This document shows positions 1 through 12,900 of a stretch of 64,000 nucleotides of DNA, one piece after another (within the stretch, counting starts at the first letter, position 1; each line of letters begins with the position of its first letter). The translations under genes and the position numbers were made by a program. Under the pieces are notes generated by a model that searched no databases, was not told the DNA's origin, and saw only the letters and a program-made list of their open reading frames with translations. Source of the stretch: Gnetum montanum (taxonomy: Eukaryota > Plantae > Gnetophyta); the NCBI GenBank assembly GCA_015680685.1, contig MNCI01001077.1, forward strand, positions 439,627-503,626. The letters are read 5' to 3'.

Positions 1-325
1 AAATTCAATTCATTGCACCTTGTTTACATTGAATTCTACAATAATTTCATATAATTTACATCACCTTCATTACCTTCAAGATCCGATCTTGGAGCAGATC
101 TTGTTTTCTTGTAAATTGATAATATACTTGCATATCAAATCATTGCCTCATTATACGATCATTAAGAAATTTACTGACTATGTAAGTCTTTGTCTGATTG
201 ACAAGACCATTCAGGGCACCTTGGATTCATTTTCTCTAGCACAGCCCTCAAGCGGATCCGAGGTTAAAACTCTGTATAGGGAAATCTCCTCGGTGTTTCC
301 AGCAACAGAAATTTTCCTTCATTAC
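1..325 (+). mobile_element. 3' end of an LTR (same family as LTR 1967-3252) inserted into the 3'UTR repeat array of element G
   Basis: 1-325 aligns by eye with 2930-3252 (aaattcaattcattgca...ttaca) and ends in CA; no PBS follows. Confidence 0.8.
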
Positions 326-330
326 AATAC

Positions 331-740
331 ATGTCCGCTATGATGTAAAACTGGTAGTGTTGTAACAAATGTCCGCTATGATGTAAAACTGGTAGTGTTG
401 TACACATCTACTTTTGACGATGTAAAATTGGCATTTTTTGCATGTGTTCGCCACGATGCTAAACTGACAAGGCTTTTGACTATCCGCCATGACGTAAAAC
501 TGGCAAGGTAAGCATCCTTCTACTAAGATGTTAAACTAGCAAAAACTTGTCCCTGGTTCATAACACAAAATTGACACCCGCAGCATAGTCCTCTAGGATC
601 ATAAACTAGCTCTTCCACTATTCGCTATGACATAAAACTAGCACAGTTCGGTCTACCCAGAATTTAAATAGGGACCATGGTCTGCTGGAACTTAAAACTA
701 GCAATGATGGTCTACCAGGACCTAAAAATGGGATCTACCA
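331..740 (+). repeat. Degenerate ~33-39 bp tandem array (core cgctatgatgtaaaactggc) in 3'UTR of element G
   Basis: About 10 recurring GATGTAAAACT(G/A)G cores; homologous to the arrays at 50480-50920 and 24620-24740. Confidence 0.8.
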
Positions 741-1966
741 ATAGACCATCCATGAAACAAGTGGGCTTGAACATTTTTTCATGACATCCCCATTAGACAA
801 AACTAGTAGGGCATTGGAACATATGCAACACTGCTACCCCTAGCATTCTATTCATTCCTCGAATATGTCGAAGGGCATACTACTGACCCCTTCGAGATGT
901 CACCACAATGGTGAATCAGCAATTGCAAATCTCGAGGTTAGCATCACTAGTTGGAGCCTCAAGAAAACTATGATCAACCATAGCCTTGGTTCCTCTAGTT
1001 GTCACCACCATCAAGGTCTGGCTTCCAAGATTCATTTGACTAGCTCTTTGCCTAGTGAGATGGATAAGATGAACCTAGCTATCGACAGCAAATTCCTGAG
1101 CCATGATGTCAACAAAGGAAACCTTATCTTTTTTACTGCAGTTCCCTTTTTATGATGCACTCCCCTTTCTGCTTCAGATGACACTTATTTCAACAGCCTC
1201 GCTAGTGGTTAGGATAGTTTCTTTCATTCTTTGTTCTTTGTTGCATTTTGAAGGTTACTTGCTACAATAGTGTTGTTCAAAGATGCATTCACTAGGAGGG
1301 TGAGGCGTCATAGTGTTCCGAGGTGGCTGCTCGGACTAGCTGGACTACTTCAGAGTGCTGACCCTGCCTTTCCCCTCAAGATACCTTACCTTACTTTTTA
1401 CCTCTCTTATTCTTGCAACTACCCTTACTTGCTCCTCCCATTTGTACAAAAGATGTATACATACAAGGAGCCTTTCGCACATGATAGCCATCATGTCTAT
1501 GAACCGGCGTAATGCAACTCACCTCATGGAATGCATCTGTAGGTAGGTTAAAACCCTGTATAGAGATAACACAAAAAAAAATTAAAAAAGTAGGGAAATC
1601 TAGGAAAAATGGATGAAACAAAATGTGTCCAGGCCATATAGACATAACACAACTTTCCCAGGAATGTCCCAGATATATAGTGCAACAGCATAACCTCTCA
1701 TGAAAAGACCAGTGAGAAGTTATCTAATAACATGTTTACAAGGTATCCTGCTTACACTTGAGTCTTCCCCAAACCTCTCTCCCTCACACTTGTAAAATCC
1801 CTCTTCTAATCCTTATACTCCCAACCTTCATACTTCAAAGTTTGATAGAGAAACATCTGAGCAGCTGCCAATGAATGATGTTGGCATCTTTACCTCTGTG
1901 GTGTTTTCACATTCTTTGTTGAAATCTCTCGGGCAAGCCCTCCAAGTGTCAACAAAGAGGGGCCAT

Positions 1967-3252
1967 TGAAACACCATCAAATTTTGAGACCTCGATGATT
2001 CAACAAAGTCTGAAAGTTTAGGTAAGTATTTCCACAACTGTAGCATCAAGACATCCGAGTGATGGAAGCATCAAAAATAGTTGCACATCTCAGCAAGTTG
2101 TTTTTTCGGCTGATGGCCTGCTATGCTACGATACACAACTCAACATAACAAACTTCAAGAGGACATCATAGAACAAGGGATGCATGGTGACAACACTTCA
2201 ACACTTTGCAAGTTAACCATGTTTCAAAACCTTATCCTTTTACGTGTTACGCCACATTACGCTATGTAGTGTAGCGCAGCGTAAAGCAAGTAGCATAGTT
2301 GAAATAGCTTCAATAACAAGAATAAAAAAATTCAAATAGCAGCAGTCATTACGCCACGATATGCTTCCCAACATATTACAGCGTAGCCATGGGGTGGTTA
2401 CACTATGCTATGCTTTAGAGCATGGCATAATGTAGTGTCACAATCTTCAGCTGTAGCATGCTAGGTCAATGACATTTTGCAAACCCAAGACATGCATCAT
2501 CTAAATCACATTCTTCTCCTAACCCTAATCCTATAAATACCTTAGTGGACAATGCTCAAAGGGTTGGAAAAAAAAAGGTTGGATTTTTGGTTTGTTGACT
2601 AGTTGGTGAAGAATAAAAAGAGTTGGCAACAAAAGAGGTCAAAAAATTTGAGGTGGTGGAAAAAATTTGGCAAGAGCATCGACGAGAATAGAGAGAAGCT
2701 TTTTTGGCTAGAGATTTCAAGTTAGTGAACATTTTGCTTCGATTATGATTCCTTTGCACCCCGATTGGCTAGTGAACATGGTAGATTGGCCTTCTGCTTG
2801 TTTAATCTCTAAATAGCTTCTTGTTGGTGGTGGATACTTTGTCCAAACTGGAGTCCTCTTGCAAATCCCATTGTATTGATTATATTTTTCCATAAGACAT
2901 ATCCAAGATCTCAGGATCGTGAATTTTCTAAATTCAATTCATTGCATCTTGTTTACATTGATTTTTACAGTCATTTTGCATACTTTACATTGTTTTCATT
3001 GCCTTCAAGATCTAATCTTGGAGTAATAATTTTCTCATCAGTTGGTATTACATTCTCATATCAAATCATCATCTCATTACATAATCATTAACAAATTTAC
3101 TGACCAAGTAAGTTCCTATTTGATCAACAAGATCGTTTAGGGTACCTCGGATTTGTTTTCTCTAGCATGGCCCTCACATGGATTTGGGGTTGGAACTATG
3201 TACATGGAAATGCTCTTGGTGTTTTTAGAAATCAACATTTTTCATCCTTACA
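1967..3252 (+). repeat. 3' LTR of element G (~1.29 kb)
   Basis: TG...CA termini; TATA ctataaata at ~2531. Confidence 0.8.
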
Positions 3253-4499
3253 CATAGCATAGCGTAGCAGAGATGCAAACTAAATTAAGTGCTTCAAAAG
3301 TTAACCCGATGTATGCCAAGCTTCCAACGGATGCAATTGACTTCAACACAAATTTCCTTTTCAAACTAGTGGCTACGCTATGCCAAAGTGCTACGCTACA
3401 TACCATAGCATAGCATAGCAAAAAGCTATGCTACACTAGTATGCTTCGTCTCGTGCTTGCATTATTTGAACACCTAATGCTAGCACTCCCAGTTTCGACA
3501 ACATAATTACAGTGTAGCAGGTTCACAATTAGATTTACATATCCATGCAATATGGGTAGGTCAGCATCTCGTGGGTCCAGGACACATGGCATCTAAACTA
3601 CATCTCTTTCCTTCTCCTAGTGCTATAAATACCCCAACGAGTAATGCTCAAAGGGTTGAAAATTTTGAGCATTGTTGGCATTTTTTAGCAAGTTGGAAAA
3701 TTTGGTTGGCAAGTTGATAAAATTTTGGTTGGAAAAATTGAGAATTCTATTGGCAAGTTGGAAAATTGGAAATTTTTTGGGTTGGCAAATTCTAGCGGTT
3801 GGCATCTTTTGCATTAGCACTTGGCATTAGCTTTTTTCTTGTTGGCATTTTGCACTATTAGCTTTGAAGCTTGTACTCAAAAAATGTAGTTGAAGTATTT
3901 CAAGCATTCTAGTCATTCCTAGACTATCCGTGTGCCTTTGGCATTGTATAACTTGTTATACACTTTCAAGCAAAGAAAGGAATAAAACCCACGACTTTAT
4001 GGTGGTGTATTTTATTATCCCAGTTACTCTGTTATTTCTTCATTATCATCATTTTCTTTATCATTGTATTTATTAATCATCGAGTAGATCTCACCTATTT
4101 CACACCTAAAGCAATGTTTACGAAAAGTTGTGTTACATTAGTTAAGTCCCTATCTGATCGATCAGACTGTTCAGGGTGCCCCATTTCCATTTTATCTAGC
4201 ATGGACCTCACATGGATCTGGGGTTAAAACTGTTCGTCCAACAACCTCTTAGTGTTTCCAGCCACTGATGTTTTTATTTGCTACAATTTTTCTAGCACTA
4301 GAAGGATGATCTTTTGGTGTCTTTTCCATGTTTCATGGTAGCCTTGCATGCGTTCTGTACCCCATCATGCACTAACGTAAATGAGACACCCTTTTGTTGT
4401 TGTTTATGGATTGTGTGATGTAGATCAATCACTGTGACAGTTCCTTTGGAATGTTGTAGGATAGAAAGCCTCCGATCGCTACTCAATCGCTACTAGCTC
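3253..4499 (+). mobile_element. Element H: distal part of 5' LTR (to 4285), degenerate PBS and start of 5'UTR; truncated
   Basis: LTR ends ...ttgctaCA at 4285; TATA at ~3623; tagcactagaaggatg (4293-4308) is a G>A-decayed tRNA-Asn PBS; 4310-4499 resembles B's 5'UTR at 29099-29280. Confidence 0.75.
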
Positions 4500-7400
4500 T
4501 TCGTGCCATCTTCTTTTGGTATGATTAAGCATTTTCTTGAGCACTATGATGACCATTTTATTTACAAATTTTTCTTGACCGTTGCTCTGAACATAGTATG
4601 GTGATGAAAATGAATTTTTGATGCCTAGGCTCTCACAAAAGGTTTTGGTTTCGACACTGCTGAATTTTGGCCCATTATTAGTGATTATGGTCATTGGAAT
4701 GCCAAAATGAGTCACAATGTTTTCAAGGATGATGTTGGATACTTGTTTTGATGTGTTCTTCCTAAGAGAAATAACTTCTACCCATTTTGTGAAATATTCT
4801 GTTGCGGTTATAATGAAGTTATGTCATACGAAAGATGGGGAAGTTATTGCTCCTATGATGTCTAACCCCCATTTCTGGAAAGGACATGTGATTTGAGCTA
4901 TATGCAACTCATTAGGTGACACATGTATGAGATTACCATGTTTTTCATAGATGCTGCACATTTTTACTTTGGACAAATAGTCATACTTCATGTGTGGCAA
5001 ATAGTAGCCTAAACATCTAATTTTGGTTGCCATTGCCTTGGGTGCTATGTGCCCTTTGCAAATCCTTCATGAACTTTCTCCATGATGGTTTTTCCACCAA
5101 TGCTACTAATGCACACTAACAAAATGCCTTCATAGGATCTACAACATAACGTGTCCCCTACTAGTGCATACTACCGAGAGCATTTTCGCACTGTGTCCTT
5201 CTAAGCATTCATTAGATATTGAGGTGGATCATGATGAGGAAGATACTCCTTTATGTCATCCTACCATTCCATGGCGTGTGTTGTGCTAACGGATGCTATG
5301 GGTAGTTCATCGGGAGCGTCAGTTATGGGCTTGGCACAGCTCGTTATGGAACTGGGCAACACATGAAACATGTCTGGCGAAATGTTTAGGGCTAGCGTTG
5401 CAAGTGCATCTACAATGGTATTTTCATTTTTGAAAAAATGTTGCACATATATGTTTTTGAATTGTTTTAGTAGGTGTTTTTTCAAGTCATAGTATGGTTG
5501 TAAATGTAAAGATTTACATGCGTATACATTTGTGACCTGATTAATGACTAACTGTGAGTCGCGGCTAACTATGAGCCGTGTGGTTTCTAAAGTTAGTGCT
5601 GCCATGAGACCTCTAAGAATACCTTCATACTCTACCATGTTATTAGTATAAGGAAAGTTTAAATGATAAGAAAAGGGCTGGATCTCCCTAGAGGGATATG
5701 TGATGACTGCTACAACACTTCCTCCTCGGGAGGTCAATGCTCCATAAAATTTTAAGATTGCATCGTAGTTATCAAGTACTGTGTCTATTGTGTTTATGTT
5801 CTCATTGGGAAACTCTGGGTTGATCATTGCTTGGTCTTGCATCGGTGATGTAGTCATTTGATTGACTATAGCTTGACCTTTAACTGATGATTGAGCTATG
5901 TAGTGCAAGTCAAACTTAGCAATCATCGCTTTCCATCTAGCTATCTTCCTTGATTCATATATATTGTTCATGATAGCTCTGACCATGTTGTATTTATAGA
6001 TGATATTAACTTGGTTACAGAAGAGATAATGTTGCCACTTCTTTAAAGAAAAGATAAGGGAAATTCATGACTTCTCCATGTCATTGTAATGTTGTTCATA
6101 GGCTACTAATGCATGGATCAAGTAGTAAACATGGATTTCAGTTCCATCTTTGCATTTCTGAAAAAGCATAGATGCGATGGATGAATTGGATGTTGCAAGC
6201 TAGATGTAAAATGGTTTATTATTCTGTGGTGGATGAACTATCGGTAGTTGAGCTAGTGTCATTTTTATGTTCTCAAAGGCTTCTTGGCACTATGGAGTCC
6301 ATTCAAAATGGACATTCTTATGCAATAAGTGCTGCATAGGCCTCAACTTGTCCATCAATTTTTCAATAAGGTGTCTAATAAACTATAATCTACTTTGTAG
6401 ACCGCGAAGTTTGGTAAGGTTGCTAGGTGGTTTTATATTTGTTATTAACTTAACCTTATTCGGATCTACTCGTATCCATATCTTAGATATAATGAATCCA
6501 AGAATTTTACCTATTTTGATCCCAAAGACACATTTCTTCGAGTTGATTCTAAGCTCATATTTCAAACAACATTTTAGTACCAAGTCTAGATCTTGTACAT
6601 GTTGCTCAGTTGTTTTTGATTTTACTGCAATGTCATCTACATAGTCATTGAGCGAGTTGAACATATAATCACTAAAGATGAATGTCATCGCTCGTTGATA
6701 TGTAGCCCCAACATTCTTGAGACCGAATGGCATCATCGTATAACAAAATGTACCCCATGGTGTCATAAAGGTTGTCCTGAGTTGATGCTCAGGGTTGATC
6801 CTAATCTAGTTGTATACTAAAAATCCATCCATAAAGGATAACAATGCATGACTAGCAGTTGAATCAACAAGTTGATCGATGCTAGGCAGCAGGAAGTCAT
6901 CCTTTATGGTTGCAATGTTGAGGTCATAGAAGTCAATACATAGATGAATGCTCTTGTTCTTCTTTGGGAATATAACCATGTTGGATACCCAATTAGTGTA
7001 GTTCATAGCTCAAATGAAACCATCTTGATAAAGCTTCGTGATCTCATTGCGAACTGCCAATGCTACTTTAGTCTTGACCTTGTGTGCTTTTTGTTTCACT
7101 AGTCTTAGTTTTGGATCAAGTATAATGTTATTCTAGACTATTCGAGGATCAAGCCTAGGCATGTTAGTGTAAGACCAAGTGAATTCTTTCATGTTTTCTT
7201 TTAGCACTTGAGCTATGTCAATTGCAACTTTTGGATTTAACAGAGTACTTAGTTTTAAAATTTTAACCTCTCCATCTGACATAGTTATGGGAACTTCGGC
7301 TAGGGGATCTTCGGTGATGTTATCAGCTTCTAGGTCTAGAGATTTTCTCATTACTTTAAATAAATCTAGTGTTTCTTGGGTTGATGCCACTAAATTATTG

Positions 7401-7533
7401 TATGTTGTGGAGTCTAAATCAATCCACTCTAGATTGATTTCTCGTTTAATTGCTCCATGTGATCCATTGATAGATAATGGTATGAAGAGTTGCTTGCTAT
7501 CCATGTGTTTTCTCCTGCCCATGAAACAAGGAG
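4500..7533 (-). pseudogene. pol: pol of element A (RT, RNase H, additional archaeal-type RNase H, N-terminal integrase)
   Basis: CIDFYDLN, MPFGLKNVGATYQR, YVDDI (RT); NNMVEYEG, DSQLVINQV (aRH, 5261-5780); PFQKWGLDIIG, TNNGPKF (INT); many stops and frameshifts. Confidence 0.93.
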
Positions 7534-8025
7534 CTATGTTAGCAAGAGTGAGTTTTAATTTTCCTTAAGAAGTTGATTTTACATTTAAATATAACCGATG
7601 GTATATCAAGGGTAGTTTTACCATCATGCCCAGATGTATTGTAGTTTAAGGCCATACCAGGCTGGGGGTGGTAGTTTAAGGTTGTACCGGGCCATGTGTG
7701 ATTTTAAATTTTGGGATGTGTTGTCATTTTATTTTGTTTCAGCCTTTAGATACCTGGTCTATACATATATTTTTACAAAATAAGGATCATTAAACATGGA
7801 TATGAAATTATTTACCTTGGAAGCATATCAAGAATACAGAGTGAAAATGAGCTAAAATAAAAAAAATAGAAGATACAAAACGAGGAAAATGTGCTGCATG
7901 TGGATAGGAAAGATGGCATGTAAGAGTAAGTTATTTAGCCAAAGCATGAGTTAAAGATGAGTGCCTAGAATAAGCAGTTTGAAGATGACAAGCATGAGTG
8001 ATTGAAAACGATGATCTGCATGAGC

Positions 8026-8054
8026 TCCCCCCCCCCCCCCCCCCCCCCCCCCCC
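8026..8054 (+). repeat. Poly-C tract (poly-G on element A's sense strand)
   Basis: About 29 C followed by an N. Confidence 0.8.
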
Positions 8055-8439
8055 NGGAAATGATGGCAATCAACCTGAGTGAGCCAAGACAGCGTGACAC
8101 CCAAGTAGATGTGTAGCATGAGCAAGATGGGGAGATAGGAGAAATAGAAATGCATGAAAGGAAAGAAGTAGGCAAGCTTGGCATTCATAGAGAAAGGGGA
8201 AGAACTGCTTCAGCATCTCCCATGATCGAGGGTTTCATCATGGATGGGGACCACTCCCAAGTTAGTTGCCTCCCTCTATTTTTGATTTCCATTTTTGTTT
8301 TCGTTGCACGAAAGGGATGTAGCGTGAGTCATTAGAGCTGTGGATTTTGGTGTGTCTAGATAATTTCTTTGGCTATTTTCATTTCTTTATTGTGTTCCAT
8401 TGTGTTCTATTTCAATTTTCCATTTGGAGCTCTTAGTTT

Positions 8440-9640
8440 AGGTCACCCTCCCTAGTGTGAGTTGGACTTCTCCAGCGTGAGTTCTTGCCCTCATCATGTG
8501 TGGTTTTTTTAGCGTGGATGTTTAGTGGGATTCTCTCAGTGTCAGTGGCTTTTGTGTTGTGTTTCCTTTGGCGTGAGGGTTGAAGTGGCTTCCAGTGTGA
8601 TTTAATTTCCTTAACGTAAGTAGCTAATTTCTAGACTGCATTGCCCCTGATGTGCATGTTTCTTGGGACTTGATCATTTTGATTTATGAGCATGAGTGAT
8701 GCGTATCCATAGACAGCATGAATGATAAAAAAAGCCATATTTTTGGATACATTTAATTTTTACATTTTTGGGGAGGGCCAAGGTTTCTATAATTTTTTTT
8801 TGTTCTCTTGGCCATGAATTGCAGGGTTTGCATTTCTAGTATTAGTTATAGTTCCAAGGCTTGTACATGAGGGTTTGAATGCCTGGTTTTGAGATTGTGG
8901 GAAAAATAGAATAGTGTGAGTACCTATCCTCGATCATCTGGTGTGCATGTGTGGCCCATAAATTGTGGGTATTTCATAGCTCAATTAGCATGAGTTCATA
9001 GGTGGGATTATCATCATCGTGTGTATAGGGCCTCATTCAACGAGAGTACATGACTCAAAGATCAGCATGAATGTGGTGCTCAGATCAACGTTAGCATGAG
9101 TACAGGACCAAGCATTAGCGTGACTACCTATCCCAACATCAACGTGAGTTTATGGAGTTAAAATCTTTGTGAATAAAGGGCCAAAATTAGCATGAGGGTG
9201 AGTACAGGACCATAGGTAGCGTGAGTCTATGATCCAATCATCATCATGACTGAATATTCTAGTGTGAGTATTTTATATTTGGGGTAAAATTATCATCAGT
9301 GTGAGTATAGGCCCCATTCAGTATCAGCATGAGTACAAGGATTTCACAACCCAGTGTGAATAGTTTGATTTTTCCATACTCAGCGTAAATTTTCTATTTT
9401 GAATGACTACAAGTGCCTGACCTCGCATACAGCATGTGAGTGACTCGAGCCTCCTTGATAGCGTGAGTGATTCTTATTTCCAGTACATAGGTGTGAGCTC
9501 ATGATCGAATCATTGTGAATCTATGGCTTCACACTAGCATGAGTCAATGGCCTTATCATGAGTTCCTGATTTCAGTATGCAGCGTGAGTGCTTTGTTTGG
9601 AATCTACAATGTGAGTTAAGTATGCACTTAAGTGTTAGTG
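8440..9640 (+). repeat. Dispersed array of the short motif (C/T)AG(C/T)(G/A)TGAGT
   Basis: Dozens of agcgtgagt/agcatgagt/agtgtgagt copies at irregular ~20-40 bp spacing, upstream of the antisense gene. Confidence 0.8.
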
Positions 9641-9954
9641 TAAACTATTATCTATGAATAATTTACATGTTTATATGCATTCAAGTATCTCTATAGTGAT
9701 TGTTACAATATCTTGTCCACTAGGGAATTATTTTATGTGTTTGAAATATGGGTTGGTATCATTTTTAAGTCATAATTCTAGGACTAAGTGTGGTGTCAGT
9801 TTAACTTCATGATGCTAGGACATAAGTGTTATTTTTGTTTTAAGTGGTGGGTTGGGTATGATGTCAGTTTATCATCTTAACTCCAGGATGAAGGTTTTAT
9901 GTGCTCTATGTGATTTGGGTTTTATGTTTTATATACACTTATTTTAATTTCTAG

Positions 9955-12900
9955 ATGGGTGCAGGGGCCTTAAACGCTTTCTCTTGGTGGTGGAGCTCAT
10001 AGGTGTACTCACGTGGTTCGGTACCATGGAACCTGATGCACCTCCACATCACATGGAAATCAGGTCACAAGCATTATGGTTTCGCCCAGGTGCTAGTGAG
10101 TTTCTATCCTTTACCTTGCAGGGCTTTAGTGTTGTGATTTGGTATCATTTGAGTGAAGAATTGGCTCGTAGTTTTGTTGAGACCATACTGCCTAGTTCAT
10201 CCAATGGTATATTGGCATTTGTTGTTGATGTGGATGAGGGGCTATTTAAAGTCAGTTATGGTCCTGCGGAAGGTCCTTGATCTAGCCGCTCTTTGACTCG
10301 TGTGTTGGAGTTACAATCTTGCAACCACTACAACAGTAGTAGTACCCTCTTCCTAGCTTTTCATGTACATACATTATTCCAAAATGCGCTTGGAATAGTG
10401 TACAAGGTAGATAGGTAAGCTCTTTGGATTTTTCCTTTATTCGACTTGTCTTGATGTTATACTATTGTTGATGTTTGATCATCATTTCTTTGCAGGCCCC
10501 GACGTGATGATGATGGAATGCATAGGAATGATGACAGAGTTGACTTGACATGTACAGCCTTTGAGGCTTTTCTAGTGGGGCCCACTCTTCATGGTACCAT
10601 GTTAGCCTAAACAAAGGATGCAATTTTCCATTATCACAAATAGTATTCTAGGGCCTTTGAGTGCTGTGAAGCTCGTGGGTGGCTACATAAAGATTGATCC
10701 CGTAATGATCCTATGTTTCCTCTAGTGGTTGATCCAATGCCATGTATGCCTGATCCATTTGTTAATGGTAAGTGATTATGTTTTGAGTCTTATTTTGTCC
10801 TTGCTACCCCATATTTTATCATGATTTTAATCTTTTGTTTAACATGTCATTGCAGCGAATGTTACCCCAAGTGGGGTTACCATTGTGACTAGGCATACCG
10901 AGGGTACTTTGTTCATCAAATTTGGGGAGACAGAAGATGCCCAGCGATGGTTGCATACTAAGGCATCGCAACATCTAATCACTTGCCTAACAGATGCTGG
11001 TCTAATGGATCTATTCACTCCCTTGACTGCTATCATCCCTGTGACCAAAATGGTTTCCATTGTTGATTCTTTCAATGATGAACTAACCTATTTTTGCACA
11101 TGAGCTTGGGGGGTTAAGGTTGTGTTCCATCTAACCACCAAGTTAATTTTAGATCTCTTTGGTTTACTGTCAAATGGTGAACAAGGCAAACAGAGAGGGG
11201 CATGTGATTAAGGAATTGGAGGAATATCTAGGCATGAAGTGATGTCCTAAATGCTTCCCTATGAAAGGGAATACTAAAGTGATGAAGGTGAATCAATTGT
11301 ACCCATTATTTAGAGTGCGCACATTTCCCAAGTCTCTATCTCCAATGAGAGCTCTTGGAGTAGAGCCTGCATGTATCATGTGCTTGATTTTAGATAACTG
11401 GGCATGTGCATGTATCATGTGCTCTTGGGATGCATTATAACTGGGCACAATTTCTAATTTCGGGTTTTCATGGGGAGATTGTCAAATTGTGCTTGAAAGT
11501 GAAGGTGTAGTCCCACTTCACATTTACGTTCTTTGCAGGTTTCCTTCGCAGACTAGCTGAGTTCCTAGTGGTCTGCATGGGTAATGAGCATATGTTGAGG
11601 GACCGTGCACAACTATCTCATCCATGGATTTGTCACTTGTTTGATGTTACTAGGTCTCAAGATGCTCCTGAAGGTGTTGATGAATCAGTATCTGTCATAA
11701 CAGGGGGTGCAGCTAGTTTTTCCTACCATACGCATGATAGTGTAGGGTTGGAGCTAGCTAGTTTGCATCACACTACCAGGAGAGCTGATTTGGTGATTAA
11801 AGAAACAATTGGGAAAGCTAAATCCAAGGTACGGAGACCTAAAATTCCTAGGGAAGAAGCTCTAGAAGCTAATCCACCAAGAATGAAATGTATTATATTC
11901 AAGTTGCCAGAATGTGGTAAGTACATTTTATTTATTGTTGGTGTTTTATTTTGTTTTATGATTTTATGCACTTATTATGTTATGCTAATTTTGAGTTTAT
12001 GAATGTTATTAGAGGAAACCCCTGAAAGAGAAATGGAAGAACAAGATCTAATGGTTGAACCAAAAGTGATTCCCAATGATTAGGTTGAGGAAATAGAAGA
12101 AGCTAATGTAGAAGAGATCAGGGAGATTTCCATATCCTTAGAGGAATGTGTGGAAGAACGCATAGAAGAAGAAGTGAAAGAAAATCTTGTTGAAGGCACA
12201 GATGTCCTTAGACACTCTAGTGAGGAGAGAGAGATGTTTGATGGCTCCTTTGGGGGAACATTACATCTTGGTAATCCATTGGAGTTGACCAACCAAGGGG
12301 TTTTTGGTACGTGTTATTTATTGTGGTATGTTTCCTATATATTTTTTTTATTATATTTTTTTTCTTTCTTAGTTTTTTGATGTTTGGCTTTTCTTTTGTT
12401 ATTACAAGGCTTAAGCGCTGAAATGGCGGAGGCTCCTAATCTTCGAATAAAAGTACCTAGATTACATGCACCAGCTGAAATGACTATCCAGGCTAGTTCA
12501 GGCTCAATGAATGAACCTAAACTGTGGACTAAAATGCCTAACAGAATGGACTTTGTTACTGGCATTGTCAATGAAGTGGTTAATCACCTTCAAGAGGTTG
12601 ACCTTGAATTAAGTATGTGCTTTTAGTGACTTGAGTTACTCTACTTTAATGTCTTAAATTTTGATTGGCTGAGTTATGATTCTTGTATTGGTAGGTGCAA
12701 AACTTAAATGGGACTAGTCCGAGGCCACCCATATCAATGGCCTGCCTGAACTTCCAGTGGAGATTGGGCAAGTTCCAAGCAAGATTTATGATGCAGTTGC
12801 AGGTTGCATAGTGCAAAATGCTAAATCTCTTTGGACTTGCAGACATTCCATTGAATAGCTATGGAAGAGAGTTCAAACGGCTGAAAAGAATAATGCCAAG

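Larger units (their letters stand above)
326..3252 (+). mobile_element. Element G: 3'UTR, PPT and 3' LTR of a Tat/Ogre-like gypsy element
   Basis: PPT aagaggggccat (~1955-1966), then TGAAACACC at 1967, the same PPT/LTR junction as at 51918-51938 and 24067-24088. Confidence 0.8.

Noticed and set aside
6267-6644. Short ORFs antisense to gag/pol (e.g. 7215-7568, 14759-15052, 53984-54472)
   Set aside because: Shadow frames of the retroelement coding strand.
7931-8188. Gly-rich ORFs (also 33972-34254)
   Set aside because: Produced by homopolymer tracts.
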